Of a stretch of DNA of 64,000 bases, positions 26,540 to 41,230 are shown in pieces. Every line of letters starts with the position of its first letter. The stretch's first letter is position 1. The stretch lies in assembly GCF_006345805.1 (NCBI RefSeq), contig NC_043013.1:47368001-47432000 (forward strand), read 5' to 3'. The translations under genes and the position numbers were made by a program. Below the pieces are notes generated by a model. That model was not told the origin of the DNA. It saw only the letters and a program-made list of their open reading frames with translations, and searched no databases. Source of the DNA: Octopus sinensis (taxonomy: Eukaryota).

Positions 26540-29200
26540 TCACAGTAACGGTTGTAACAGGTATGGATCCATACAGGATGGACATCCTACAGAAAGATAA
26601 ATGTCTGGCTAAACCGGCCAAACTGATAAAGCTGGAAAAAATGATGGCTGAGATTGCCACTCCACACCTAGGTGTTGGTAGAAACACAGAAAAAAACTAA
26701 TTTATAAATGTATATCTTTAAGCACCAAGCGGTCGGAGACGGCTTGTCAGGTAGATGTGGAAGGTGTACTACAAGATAATGCTTGATATGCAGTATATCC
26801 TGAGAGAAAAACAATTTCTCGGCATTTCAATGCTCTTCAAGATTGAAGCTCTGGCCGCCAAACCCTCTGTGATGCCTTGTCGAAGTGGGAAATATTTGCT
26901 CAGCAAATCGTATTTTAGAAGGAGAACGGTGTAGATAAAAATCTTAAGAATTCCATCTGAAGTAAATTTATGGTGGATTTTAGCGTTTATCATTTTGGAA
27001 GAGAATAACAGCTTCCTGGGAGTAAAGTGGACCCGTCGTGAAAACTGGTTTGGGATCAGTGTGGAGGTGCTACTCCACATTAAAACAGGCACGATCCAAG
27101 AGACCCTAGACTTCATTCGTCTTCCAGGAGGTTATGGTTGAGAGGAGAATGTCACAGTGCTACTTTTGTGGGGAGACATCCCACTTGAGAGCTTTCTGTC
27201 CCCAACAGAAGACAGGAACCCTAGAAGCCCCATATTGACAACACCAGCCACAAAAACCTCAACAACTAAACCAGTAACGATCAACAACAAAAGCGGCAAC
27301 AACTGTATCATCAACAACAGCGACAACAACAATAACAACAACAACAGCGGCGATGACAGTGGCAGCAGCTCAGTGACAGCAGCAGCAGAGGCGCAATGGC
27401 CCCGTGGTTAAAGCAGCGGACTCGCGGTCGGAGGATCGCGGTTTCGATTCCCAGACCGGACGTTGTGTGTGTTTATTGAGCGTAAAACACCTAAAGCTCC
27501 ATGAGGCCCCGGCAGGAGGTGGTGGCGACCCCTGCTGTACTCTTTCGCTCCAACTTTCTCTCACTCTTTCTTCCTGTTTCTTGTCCCCGACTTCATACGC
27601 AACCGCTGAGCCTGGATGCACATTCATCCATCCGTCGATGCTCTCGGTGTCGGGGATTGACCTGCTTTCTCTTCTGCGGGTCTTACGTATAGCAAAGTAC
27701 CACGTTTCGGACTTCTCCCACTACTTGCGAGCTCTGGGACGAAGACCGCTTCGCTCAACAAACAAACAAACAAACAAACAAACAAACAAACAGAACCAAC
27801 AGCAGATACAGCACCACCACCTTCATCAGTAGAAAAAATAATAATAACGGACACACACAGCACCCAGGAGCTCTCCCAATGAAGTTCTTCCACTCTCTCC
27901 CTCTCTCCGTCTCCTCTAAATACAAATACATACATAGACTACACATCCCAACATCCACAGACACACATAAAGCATCACCAAATCCTTTAGGACCACAATC
28001 GTCAACACTTCTTCCGCTATAACAACTAGCTCCACCAACACTACCACGAAAAGAAAACACACCTAACTGTAACAACCAACTACAAAAACACAAACCTTCG
28101 TGTTAGTGAGGAGGGTCAACAAAGAATTGATAGCCCACCTGTCACAAAGAATACATGTCGAGAGAGAGAGACAGAGAGAGAGAGAAAGAGAGAGAAGGGG
28201 GACCAAATAGACTATTTTAGGTCTATATCTCTGCTGAACGCAGATTACAAGATTTTGGCCAAGGTGTTACCCAAGAAGTTCAAGCTCTTCGTCTATAAGC
28301 TGGTCAGTGATGCACAGACATGCGCTGTCCGAAACAGATCTATCCACGACGACTTCTATCTCACGCACTACATCATAGAGAAGGTAGGTAAGGAACCTTA
28401 CATGTGTGAGGCTCTGATCAATTTTGATTAATCAAAAGCTATTGAAACGGTCAAGCACCAATACTTAGAGGCTGTCCTCCCAGCGGTAGGATTTAGCCCT
28501 TTCAGAGGCTGGATCATTTCAATGGCCACCTACTGGAATCATTTAGTATCGCACGTTCGATCTGTCAAAGATGCCTATTCGCGCCCTTCTGTATGTGCTG
28601 GCTTTCGAACAATCACTATGAAAGTTAATGTTTCGAAGAGCATCCTGCGTGAATAGGAAGCGGAAGGTTCGTGTCGGTCTTGCGGACGACGTCACCGTAA
28701 TGGTGTCGTACATCTTAGAGATCGAGACGATTGGCACTACCTTAAAGGAGTACGAAGCGGTGACAGAGGTAAATATTCACCAGAAAACGTCGGTGGGCCG
28801 GCAGCTCGACACCAGGAGAGGCAGGTCCATGTCATCCAAGAGTGTCGTAGGCCGCTAGATGGAAGAACCGGTTAAATTGCTTGGGGTCTTGTTTGGTCTG
28901 GACCCCCAGGTGGGCAAGAATTGGAGTGAGGGAGCTGATGACAAGCTGGGTGGTCAGTCTCATCCAGAAAGAATCTGAGAGAAAGCTGTCCCTGAAGGGT
29001 CGGGAGGAGGTGACGAATGCGCACACCGCTTCTGTCATCTACTACCGTCTGACCACCGTTCCTTGCCTTGCTTCGTGCTTGACCAGCCTGGAGCGCCTGC
29101 TCTTTCAATTTCTGTGGAAGGGACGTGTTCTGCTCGTCAGACGATCCATCTGCTGTCAACAGTAGCTGAGCGGAGGACTGGGCATGCCCTGACTAATGAG
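26540..29200 (+). mobile_element. Decayed Tx1/L1-group LINE (ORF1 zinc knuckle plus RT remnants)
   Basis: CYFCGETSHLRAFC (CX2CX4HX4C) at 27158-27199. RT motifs FRSISLLNADYKILAKVL (about 28210-28270), LADDVTV (about 28680), PVKLLGV, and KLSLKGREEV...LERLLFQFLWKG..GGLGMP (28980-29190). Many stops and shifts; no endonuclease region seen. Confidence 0.85.
27388..27790 (+). mobile_element. tRNA-Arg-like SINE (family B variant) with an (AAAC)n tail, inserted in the Tx1 remnant
   Basis: GAGGCGCAATGGCCCGTGGTTAAAGCAGCGGACTCGCGG..GTTTCGATTCC head, same 5' body as family B, different 3' half. Confidence 0.8.
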
Positions 29201-29231
29201 GCCGTGGCTAATTATTAGTATTATTATTATC

Positions 29232-29428
29232 TATTTCTTTACTTCCCACAAGGGGCTAAACACAGAGGGGGACAAACACAGACAGACAAACGGATTAAGT
29301 CGATTACATCGACCCCAGTGCGTAACTGGTACTTAATTTATCGACCCCGAAAGGATGAAAGGCGAAGTCGACCTCGGTGGAATTTGAACTCAGAACGTAA
29401 CGGCAGACGAAATACGGCTACGTATTTC
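29232..29428 (-). mobile_element. 5'-truncated family A SINE between (TAT)n and (TAC)n
   Basis: Reverse complement of the family A body and tail. Confidence 0.85.
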
Positions 29429-29429
29429 T

Positions 29430-29486
<57 letters not shown>

Positions 29487-30042
29487 AACAACTACTACTA
29501 CTACTACTACTACTTCAACAACTACTACTACTACTACTATTGTTATTATTATTATTATTATTTAGGTCTAGTATCAAAGAAGATATATAGTGAAGCAATT
29601 AAGACACCGCGCTCTCAGTAACTTTCCCACAACATTTAAATGAATTTCGTCTTTGCCCGTTATTTGTCCAGATTTCATAGAATGAGCTAGCAATATAATA
29701 TAGCAAGCGTCTACTAAATCCACTAAACTCTCACCTACAAATCCCAGGTCGTCATTCAATGGTTTTAATTATTATTTCAAGACCTCAAATATAAACATAA
29801 TTCCATTTCTCATGCATGATGTAATAAGGTTTATGTAATAGCAGATTTGTATAATACCTTTCCATTAGTTCAACTGAATGAATCATCAAAGAATGTGCAT
29901 ACATACATACATGCACATACATATATATATATACATCCATATATATATACATATATAAATATACATATATATGTATACATACACACATTCATCCAAACAT
30001 ATATGTATAAACACATGCATACACACATACATGTATGTACAT

Positions 30043-30150
30043 ATTATAACTAACACTATATATATATATACACATGCACAGTACAGGCTAATAAACGCAT
30101 ACATAAATATCAACTAGAAAAGAATACATATATGTGTAATATATATACAT

Positions 30151-30196
<46 letters not shown>

Positions 30197-30319
30197 CATA
30201 TTATGACTAACACTATATATATATATACACATGCACAGTACAGGCTAATAAACGCATACATAAATATCAACTAGAAAAGAATACATATATGTGTAATATA
30301 TATACATACAAATATATAT

Positions 30320-30345
<26 letters not shown>
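30043..30345. repeat. Local tandem duplication, period about 157 bp, with (TA)n at the junction
   Basis: CTAACACTATATA..CACATGCACAGTACAGGCTAATAAACGCATACATAAATATCAACTAGAAAAGAATAC occurs twice. Confidence 0.9.
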
Positions 30346-30361
<16 letters not shown>

Positions 30362-31678
30362 GTGCGTGTGTGTGCATTTATTGTGTGTGTGTGTAATATA
30401 TGTGCAGATATGCGTATTCACAGGTTTATATGCATGCATACATACATAGATGCGTACATGCATCGCTTCATATCTCGAAATGTATGCTTTAGCAATTCAA
30501 CATCAGAAGATGGTTATAATGAGCAGTGAAGCCCTTAAGCTCCTAAGATGCAGCCATAAATGTTGATTTGGCCGTTCTTTTGTGGAGGACATAACACACG
30601 TGATCAACAGCTGCCTGAAAATTCCATCAAGGTACTGCATCCCATTGCGACATGATGCTGTTGCTAAACCAATATAAATATACCATCTTCAGTAAAGATT
30701 GCCGTAGGATAAATATATACATACCCCTGTTATTGAATGTATACATGCAAATCTACTCAAGGAATATTGGTGGGAACAACCGTAAAAAACCTCTACCAAG
30801 TGCAAATAAAACAGGCCTTATATAGTCATTTAGAACAGAAAAAAAACATGTATTGTGCGAGAATCATTTGTTTTATACTCACCGATAATTATGTAATTAA
30901 GGTGGATGGCGTTAGGTAGCTATAGGCAGTGAACGTGCTTTATCGGAGTAGTACTAGGAACATACCCAACACAGTGACATAGTTTTAATTACCTGTCAGT
31001 TATGGTTAAACGAATGTGTCTCAAAATAGGTTATCTCGGGTGTATTCAGTTAACCACTTGTGATTTCATGCAAGCTTTATATTTTGTAAACGGTGGAATC
31101 GACAACCATTAGGGTTAAGAAAACCACAATAATCTTATTTCTTCACAGTCTAAGGTATGATCACCGTACTTTGATTATGTACTTCAGATGAACGAAATGT
31201 GTGTATATATTAAAATAACATGGCGCCAGTATATTATTGTGAATGACTGCATCAAACCTGGAGAAATGCAAGTTTATTACACTCGTTGTTGTATTAGCAC
31301 AAGCCAGATCCGATGGAGTGGAGTGTTCTTAAGATCAAAGTGACACAGTCACTAAATTTTTAATACGTTGGTACCTATTGTGAACTTTTTAGACAGTAGA
31401 ATGTGATTTAAGGAAAACTTGGCTCCTAATTGTTGCGGATTCTTCTTTCATTCGAAGCGAGATTCTCTTTAGAAGAGTTTTTTTGGATAAAATATCCCTT
31501 CAGTTGTGTCTGGGGAGAGTCATTTTCTTTTTGTGCCTTATTATTTAACACACTCACCGGTAAAATTTCCACTTTTTTTTTCTTATTTTTTATTTTCCTA
31601 AAATTTTTGTTGCGTCTTGTAACCTTGACTTTCCCCAGAGACAATAGAATATGCTTCAGCACACGAACTCACATAAAA

Positions 31679-32010
31679 AATCTTGCAAACCAAATCCCTT
31701 CCGTGTTGCACTAATTTTCCCTATAAAGATATATATATATATATATATATATAGTCAATTTAGGGTAGCAAAAAAATTCAATAGAAGTTTATCGCAACCA
31801 GCGGCCTGGTGAAAAAGAGAAAATAGTCATCGACTAAATTATAAATATAACGATTTAGGAGTGACCCCAACAGGTCACTCGTCCACCAGAAAGAGCAGCC
31901 ATAACTCACACCGCCAATATAGTAACTAATTAGTTACTAATACTTGGCGGCTTGTGAGTTATGGCTGCTATTTTGGTGGACGAGTGACCTGTTGGGGTCA
32001 CTCCTAAATC

Positions 32011-32046
<36 letters not shown>

Positions 32047-32094
32047 TTATAGGGAAAATTAGTGCAACACTGAAGGGATTTGGTTTGCAAGATT
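31679..32094. repeat. Nested inverted repeats (double hairpin) around (TA)n tracts
   Basis: Outer arms 31679-31735 / 32037-32094 (one mismatch). Inner near-loopless hairpin 31850-32012 centred on AGTAACTAATTAGTTACT. Confidence 0.9.
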
Positions 32095-32769
32095 CTTTAT
32101 ACCGTTGGTAATATATCTATGATTATATATGTCTAATAATTACGATATGCCATGACTTTCAAGATATACGTAGTAATAATTTAGCATATACTAAAATGGA
32201 CGAAGATAAAGTTGCATAAGGAAGGACGTGAAGCAAACTGAAAGGAAACAACACTAAATATTATTCCGAATATGATCTGATGTACTATCTATGGCTTCTG
32301 GTATTTGAACAGAATATATATATAACTCAAATGTTGGTATAAAAACTTTGGAATACATATGAATATGCTATTTATACTGCTCATTGTATTATGTACCTAT
32401 ATAAACGCATACAAAGTGCACGTGTATACGCACAAATGTATACACACACTTGAGTATATGAATACATATGCATATGTGTGTGAGTGCATGGAGGCTCATG
32501 TCAACGTCATTATGTCAACATATTAATATATTTGAATACAATTTCTGTTTCCCTTCCCAGAAAATTTTGCTCCTATACACGCACATATCGAAACGGACAC
32601 ATGTATATATATTCAGTCCTACATGCAAACACACACACTTATGTGTATGTAAATATAGATGCATATATACATATATAAATAAATATATATATACATACAT
32701 ACATATAGATATTATATATATACCTACATACACACCCACACACACATTAATGCAAACACACCTCACACA

Positions 32770-33690
<921 letters not shown>

Positions 33691-35422
33691 TTTAGTTATA
33701 CACACACATAGTCACACATTCGACACACGTCTGAAGTTATACACAATCATATACACGCAAAAAATTGGAAATAACTTGTAAATCAACTGGATTTTAGATT
33801 TACACAAAGAGAAAGATGTATGATAATTTATTGAACAAAGTGACTATTTGGTAAAATAAGAAAAGAAAAAAAAACATAAATACACAGTTAACAATGTGTT
33901 GTTTTAGCCGTGAAAAAGTTAATCGGATTAGTTAAAAATCTAAACTGATGAATGTTTAAGGAAAATCTCAATAATATCGCGAAAAAAAGTAAGAATTATA
34001 ACAAAACAAAGGGCAATCACCGTATCGTAGTTCGGAGATTTATCTGAACGCTCTCATGCCAAAAAGATAAATATTGTGGGTAAAGTAAAAAGTGACGTAT
34101 AGAGAGGCAGATGATGGATAAGAGCAGATAGTGAATTGGTAAGAGTTAGTATGAAGGGTAAGAGGGTGAGCGAATGCGGAGTGACTTGCAGAAAGAGCAG
34201 GGGGGAAATGTGTGGGTGTGTGTGCGTGTGGTAGAGTGAGAGAGAGAGAGAAGACGAGAGAATGAGGAAGTGTTGAGAAAAGAAAGGAAGAATAGAAGAC
34301 AGAGTCATGTGACAAACCGAAAGATGGTCTGAAAAATTTGATGACACTGAAGTCAGATTAAGAATGCTAAAAAGAAGACAAATTTAAGTAACAAAAAATA
34401 ACGGAAATCTTGCAATATCTTTCAATATAGTAGATTTTGGTGGTAAAGTGGGCAAAAATATGTGTAAAAGTGTATGGTGGGGGTTGAATAGTGGAGGAGG
34501 TTAGGAGGCATAAGTTTGCCAGGGGAGGAGGTGGAGGACGGGAGATATACAGTTTAAAAAGTCAACAAATTTGTTTGCATATAACAAATCAGGAAGTAAA
34601 GAAATAAAATAAACAGCAGCAAGAATGCCTCAAAACAGAAGCGTCACAGAGTTTGAATGACAACATTTCAGAGAATATTGTCGGGGGAAAAAAATAATAA
34701 GTCATGAATTGTAAGTTGCTTGAAGAAATATGTTGAGAACAAAGTTGTATTGGGTAAAACCGTAGATTGTTTATATCAACATTCTTGACAGATTTATTGG
34801 TGTGGTGCTTGTCTTTTGGTTCTTATTTAATTATTTTTTTTTTTATTTTTTGTCACTTTCATAACATGTAGTAGTGTGACTGAATATTTCTTCAAATATG
34901 AATTATTTCAAGTATAATCTTGAGCAGCAATAATTGGTTAAGTAGGCGACGTATTCTCCAAACTCCACAGATCAGTGGATCAATATCTAAACAGTAAAGA
35001 TGACACCATTTTACGTCAATGATATTTAGATATGATCCAAATAAGATTCTCGGTATGTTTTTTTTCGCTCACCTGCTTTCCTCACGCACAAATACATACA
35101 TAGCATATTTATCCATGCATGTATGTGTTTGTGTGTGTGTGTGTGTATATATACATATATATAATGCGAATAAGAAAATGGAGAAACTATTTAGTTGGTT
35201 TATCAGCTTGGTAAACCAACTAAATTGTTCTTCCATTTTCTCATTTGCATTATAAATTAATGGTAAAATATTTATTTACCTTCACCCATTTAATACAATA
35301 AGTAAGTTAATTGCATTGCAATTAAAAACACTTGTGAATTAATAATTTGGGTATTATACCCACAATATATTGGGTAAGTATTATCCTTTAGTGGGTTGGA
35401 TCCACAGCCCCTAACTTACTTG

Positions 35423-35453
<31 letters not shown>

Positions 35454-35476
35454 TATATAATATATATATAATATAT

Positions 35477-35796
35477 GTGAGGGCGCGTGGCTGAGTGGTT
35501 AGGGCATTCGGCTCATGATCGTAAGGTTGTGAGTTCGATTCCCGGCGACGCGTTGTGTCCTTGAGCAAGACACTTTATTTCACGTTGCTCCAGTCCACTC
35601 AGCTGGCAAAAATGAGTTGTACTTGTATTTCAAAGGGTCAGCCTTGTCACTCTCTGTGTCACGCTGATTATCCCCGAGAACTACGTTAAGGGTACACGTG
35701 TCTGTGGAATGCTCAGCCATTTGCACGTTAATTTCACGAGCAAGCTGTTCCGTTGATCGTATCAGCTGGGACCCTCGTCGTCGTAACGGCGGAGTC
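35477..35796 (+). mobile_element. CORE-type tRNA SINE (family C head, different tail)
   Basis: GAGGGCGCGTGGCTGAGTGGTTAGGG..GAGTTCGATTCCC head and GTTGTGTCCTTGAGCAAGACACTT CORE-like block. The 3' half differs from 20185-20686. Confidence 0.8.
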
Positions 35797-36321
35797 TTTA
35801 AATATAATATATATATATATACATATATACATATATATATGTGTGTGTATGTATGTTTATATAAATATTATATATATATATATATATATATATCAACCAT
35901 ATTTTCCTCAGACGGATCCCTTTCGTTCTTATTTTCCTTGGGTGGACCCTCATGGCCATATATACATATATATGTATATGATAAATTCTTTATTCATAAA
36001 TGACAAATGAGGGTTCAGTAAAATAAAGCAGAAATCACGTTCTACGGACACGAATGTGTCTCTTTAGGGCTGCAGGTTTCTTCCAAATCTTTCAGCAAAG
36101 GGAACAAGTTGATGGCTCAGTTTGCTCAAGAGCGTCTGGATCATTTACTATGCGTTTTCTTGAGTGGACGGCAAGACCTGCTTTGTTTCGTATTTAGTAA
36201 GGTTTTCATTGAGACGAGCAGCGTTTTGCCTGTTTACTTTCATGCTTCGATGAACTTGGTCCCAACGTGGGGTCGACTTTGCTCAAATCTTTGAAAAGAA
36301 GAGAGGCAGGACTGACCGATC

Positions 36322-36625
36322 AAAGAGTGGATTTGGTAGACGGAAACTGAAAGAAGCCCGTCGTATATACTTTAATATATGATGTGTGTGCGTGTGTGTA
36401 TGTGTGTGTGTGTTCGTGTCTGTGTGTGTTCCCCACCACCGCTTGATAACCAGTGTTGGTGTGTTTACATCCTCCTAACTTAACGATTCGATAATAGAGA
36501 ATGATCGAATAAGTACCAGGCTTCACAAAAAATAAATAACGGGGTCGATTCACTCGACTAAAAATTCTTCAACGTAGTGACCCAGCATGGGCGCAGTCTA
36601 ATGAGTGATACAAGTAAAAGATAAA
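36322..36625 (+). mobile_element. 5'-truncated family D SINE
   Basis: GAGTGGATTTGGTAGACGGAAACTGAAAGAAGCCCGTCG + microsatellite + tail. Confidence 0.8.
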
Positions 36626-36634
36626 GATGTGCGT

Positions 36635-36690
<56 letters not shown>

Positions 36691-36884
36691 ATGGTCATGC
36701 ATTGGTTAAAGAATTCAAAATAATGTGGAACAGTGTCAGATCACACAGCGCAGTTACTTGTACACGTGAGTTTTGTCTTAGCCTCCTATCTGATGATACA
36801 TGATTGATATATTTGTTTGTTTATTTGCATATTTTAATCATACTTTGCGAAAAACAACCTATTTATTTGCATGTTTCCAGTGGA

Positions 36885-37195
36885 GTGGAGGCACATGGCC
36901 TAGTGGTTAGAGCAGCGGACTGGCGGTCGAGGGATCGTGGGTTCGAATCTCAGACCGGACGTTGTGTGTGTTTATGAGCGAAACACCTAAACTCCACGCG
37001 GCTCCGGCAGAATGTAATGGCGAAACTTCTGCTGACTCTTTCGCCACAACTTTCTCTCACTCTTTCCTCCTGCATCTTGCAGCTCATCTGCTACAGACTG
37101 GCGTCCCGTCCAGGTGGGGAACCTATACGCCAAGAAACCGGGAAACCGGCCCTTATGAGCCAAGCATGGCTTGAGAAGGGACAAACAACAACAAA
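36885..37195 (+). mobile_element. Family B SINE
   Basis: Complete GTGGAGGCACATGGCCTAGTGGTTAGAGCAGCGG head through GAGAAGGGACAAACAAC tail. Confidence 0.9.
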
Positions 37196-37264
37196 ATGTT
37201 TCCAGTGGACCTATTAGTGGTTCACTGAATTTCGGATAGTGAGGGTAACAAACAAGTGTTTTTA

Positions 37265-37930
37265 TTTTATATTTCTTTATTAGCCACACAGACGGGACAA
37301 ATTACAAAGTAGAGCTTTTCTTTTTAGGGAGAAAAAAATGGGGTAGGTTTACGATGAAAATGGAGCATAAAAAGGAAAGACAAAAAACGATCAATAGGGA
37401 TCGTGTATCACAGAAATGTCATGATGTAAAGCGTAAAGAGGGAAGCAGATAAGGTTTATCTGTGGAAAGAAAAGCCTACGGAAAAGACCACAGTAATCTC
37501 GGTTAATAATGTCACATGTTAACACATTCATTTGCAAGTAAGTAACTCTCTGTTTTAAATTTTTCCAGGTTCATAGGATTATGCTCAAGGTGGCTTCGTC
37601 ATTAATTGCTACAAGTCACCCTTCTTTTTTTGAAACGTTCGATAGACAAAACTTGCCTCTCTACTCACACTTTCCTTTTCAAGTGATACTTGAAGAAGTT
37701 GATGAGAGATTGACCAGAGAGGAAAGTGTTTGTCTCCACTCATTTCAGACGCGTCCAGCTGATACATTCTTTCGCCATAGCCACAAGTATGATGAAAATA
37801 GCTTTTCTTTCCCGTTGGAAGGAAGGAGGCGTGATGATATTGACGATAGACTCGTCCCACACGTGACAGCAGTCGTTCCACTCTGCAATTGTCTTCGTTC
37901 CAGCACACGTTCTCAGATCAGGTCACTTGC
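37265..37930 (-). mobile_element. 3' end (ORF2 C-terminus and 3' UTR) of a probable Tx1/L1-group LINE
   Basis: Minus strand reads RKAIFIILVAMAKECISWTRLK*VETNTFLSGQSLINFFKYHLKRKV*VERQVL, followed by about 300 nt of T-rich UTR ending GGCTAATAAAGAAATA. Clade assignment is by resemblance. Confidence 0.55.
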
Positions 37931-38359
37931 TATGCAAGTAAATATATATCTATATATATATATACTCGAAGCTTCACTCCGTGTCTTCCACAGATTTCCA
38001 TACAATTACCATCTACTCAATTTTATTCGCAAGACTTTGGTCGGTCTTAGGCTAACATAAAAGCCATTGGTTCAAGATACCGTTCAGTTTAATCGATATA
38101 AGAGACTCTTGTTTATAAATCGAATGTTATAAAAATTCGTGTATATTGTGTCCAAATTTATAGGTTAGCTCGATAATGATACTCAGTCTCGATGAAGAGT
38201 AAACACACAAGTTTTTATCTCCAGGTTTATCTCTTCCACAGGGTATATATTACTTAAATATCTTTCTAAGCTTTAAAGCTAAAGTTCTTTCAATCTGCTT
38301 CTTTTACCATGCAGAATTCCTGTACTTCCTTGTTGACTTTCCTAACGTATTATACAATA

Positions 38360-38580
38360 TTAATGATGATGAGAAGGAGGAGGAGGAGGAGGATGACGAT
38401 GCTGCTGCTGCTGATGATGATGATGATAATGATGATAATGTTGATGATAATGATGATAATGATGATGATAATGATGATAATGATGATAATGATGCTGATG
38501 ATGCTGAAGATGCTGATGATGCTAAAGATAATGATGATGATGATGCTGCTGATGATGATGTATTTGATTGTAACGATGAT
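38360..38580. repeat. (GAT)n/(GAG)n/(GCT)n array
   Basis: Direct reading. Confidence 0.95.
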
Positions 38581-38959
38581 GCGACCGCTAGGAATACCGT
38601 AGCAACAGTGGTCATTCTCCTGCGACACTAATGAACGCCAAATATGTTAAAATTTTATGAATTATTCAGTTTTTACATTTGTTATTTTAATTTTTTTTTA
38701 ATTTTGTTTTTTTTTTTGCTCTGTAAAACAAAACAGATAATCACAAAAAGCCGTTAATTATGCGAAACCAGTCGAATTGATCTTGTATTCGTTCGGCAGC
38801 AACATTCCTCACCACTTTTCTTTCTCTCCTGAATATCTGCAGCAATGTCTTCCAATTCAAAATCTTCATCTTCTCATCCAAATTCATATTGCCATTTACC
38901 AATCTCTAAACACTTCCATCTATAAAAAGCTCTTCGTCCATATAGCGTTATTCATTGGT

Positions 38960-39661
38960 CATTCTTCAAAACCAATGTATTGTATTTGTACAGCACTGTC
39001 TTTCTGTTGCTAATGTCAGTGAAGCCCCATAGCGAAAGAAAGCGCCTTGGCCAGTGGTCCTTTTGATATAAACGGGTAAAAGTTAACTTTCCTTTGCTTT
39101 TTCCCTTGATGGTGTTAAGCCATGTGTTGTGCCACAGGGGAAAGGTTAGTAGCCCTCCTTATATCGTTATTGATATTTCTCAATATTTGCTTGCTCGCCA
39201 GACCAATGTCGGATTTGGAAGGATTTGAACTGGTGGCATTAGGGTTTGAGGCAAAATTCGGTTTAATATATTTTATGATAATAAAGGTGTTTCTTTTAGC
39301 TAGGATCTCTGCTCTATCCGCTATCTCTAGTTCATTAGTTAATTTTTTGACTTCACTGTTGATGTCGTTATATGTGTGTGGGGAAGAGCGCCGACAATTT
39401 TGTGTGATATTATTTTCTAGTCGTCCATCGTAATCGAAAGTGTCTATCCTATATAAGTTTTTCGTCGTATCAGAGAAAATCAGGGTCATATCCGAGTTTT
39501 CAATAATCTAATGTCAGCCCGGAGCTTGTGTTGGAAGGAGAAAGAGGACTTAAGGAATTTCAGCTTGGGAATAATGCTCATTAGGTCCGCCTCGAAGGGT
39601 TCGAGGCCATTGATTTTGGGTGGGTGTTTCCTCGATTTGATTCCATAATTGTTACCCTCCG
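38960..39661 (-). mobile_element. Penelope-like element RT remnant, cut by the assembly gap
   Basis: NYGIKSRKHPP..LEPFEADL, LIFSDTTKNLY..LENNITQN, FIIIKYIKPNFASNP..NPSKSDIGLASKQILRNINNDIR and NFYPFISKGPLAKALSFA match the N-terminal RT motifs of GIY-YIG-bearing PLEs. Confidence 0.8.
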
Positions 39662-39662
39662 G

Positions 39663-39762
39663 NNNNNNNNNNNNNNNNNNNNNNNNNNNNNNNNNNNNNN
39701 NNNNNNNNNNNNNNNNNNNNNNNNNNNNNNNNNNNNNNNNNNNNNNNNNNNNNNNNNNNNNN
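39663..39762. other. 100-N scaffold gap
   Basis: Exactly 100 N; a placeholder of unknown true size. Confidence 0.99.
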
Positions 39763-40776
39763 ATACATATATACATACATACATGCATGCCATACATACA
39801 TACATACATACATACATACATACATGCATACATACATACGTATACTTATACATATCTATGTGTGTGTTTATATGTATGTATATATATATATGTATATATG
39901 TATGTGTATATATTATTCTTAAACAGGAACATTGTTGACAGTAACTTCAAAGTTTCGTCCAACTGAGCTATCGTCTGGGTGCGGCCTCTGTATAACATGA
40001 AGGTTGACTTCCCTATATACTAATCAAATTGCTTATAGAACAATGAACATCCAGTGAGAAACATATAAGCATACAAACTTTACTCAAATACTTTATGAAT
40101 ATCAAAGCACAAGAGAAAATATTTTCCATGGTAACAAAGTCACGACATGCCTGAGCAATAACCTCATCAACATAATTAAAGCAAGAAATTGCATAAATAA
40201 TTATAGCAAGTACAGAAATGACCATCTAAACTTACCACCAACCTTACATACTTTAGGGAAAAATAATTGTCAACCCCAATTACTAAGGGCTTGAATATTG
40301 GACTTTGCACTTTTGACATTTACATTGTCAAAGCAATAGGATTAAATCAAATAATACCGGAAGCAGCAAAAATTCTGTCGCTCTTTGTGCCGACGAAACA
40401 AAAGGGAAACATCTACACCCTTGTTTACAAAGTTCTATTCACATGAATAAATTCTAAACAATAATATAACTCCAAATTTAATCAATAAAAACTTCTCCAA
40501 AATATCTATTTGTAACAGCCAACCCTAAAAACTTAATTATCACTCCACTCAAAGCCACACACCCAAAGAAGATCTTAACTATACAGAAACTATATAAGAA
40601 AAACAAGACTATCTCTAATGCACTGCATTAGACACCTCGACTGGCCGAAACCTCGAAGTCATTCTCAACAATATTCTTGTATAAGAATGGTAAATTTGTA
40701 CTCAACGAAAGTACAGAGAGATTTAAACAAACGTTTGGGTGATATCAGCAATTATAAGGGAAATAATATGAGTTAC

Positions 40777-41230
40777 GGATCTGTTCGGTTTGACCGGCAG
40801 TTTTTTAAAATAATTTCCACGTAACTAAACACTTTTAAACTTCGTATACTGGTAGAATGTGTTTACAAAACATCTTTTTCTCTTGGCTTTTATTGAGAAA
40901 ATTCTATAGTTTGTAAGATATTTGTTGTTATTTTCTTCAATTTCTGCAATTTCAACCAATCAATGACGTCTATTGAGGTGAAAACATTCTGTGCCGTATG
41001 ACTATGTCCCTCGTTTAAGAAACAGATTGGGTTTATTTACATTTCTGAAGAAAAAAAAGATACCCTTACCCCCACCCCTAACCCTAACCCTAACTCTAAC
41101 CTTAACCCTAACTCTAACCGCAACCATAAAACAGATTGAAATGCAATAGATCGATACTAGGGTCATAATTATGGGTGACAATTTCATATGACACCGCTAG
41201 AAAAAACTGCCGGTCAAACCGAAAAGATCC
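40777..41230 (+). mobile_element. Merlin-like MITE, copy 3
   Basis: GGATC...GATCC termini. Perfect 8-bp TSD TGAGTTAC (40769-40776, 41231-41238). Confidence 0.85.

Noticed and set aside
39940-39995. Minus-strand CAGACGA...GAAAC as a hammerhead
   Set aside because: Altered core, weak stem II and no stem I.
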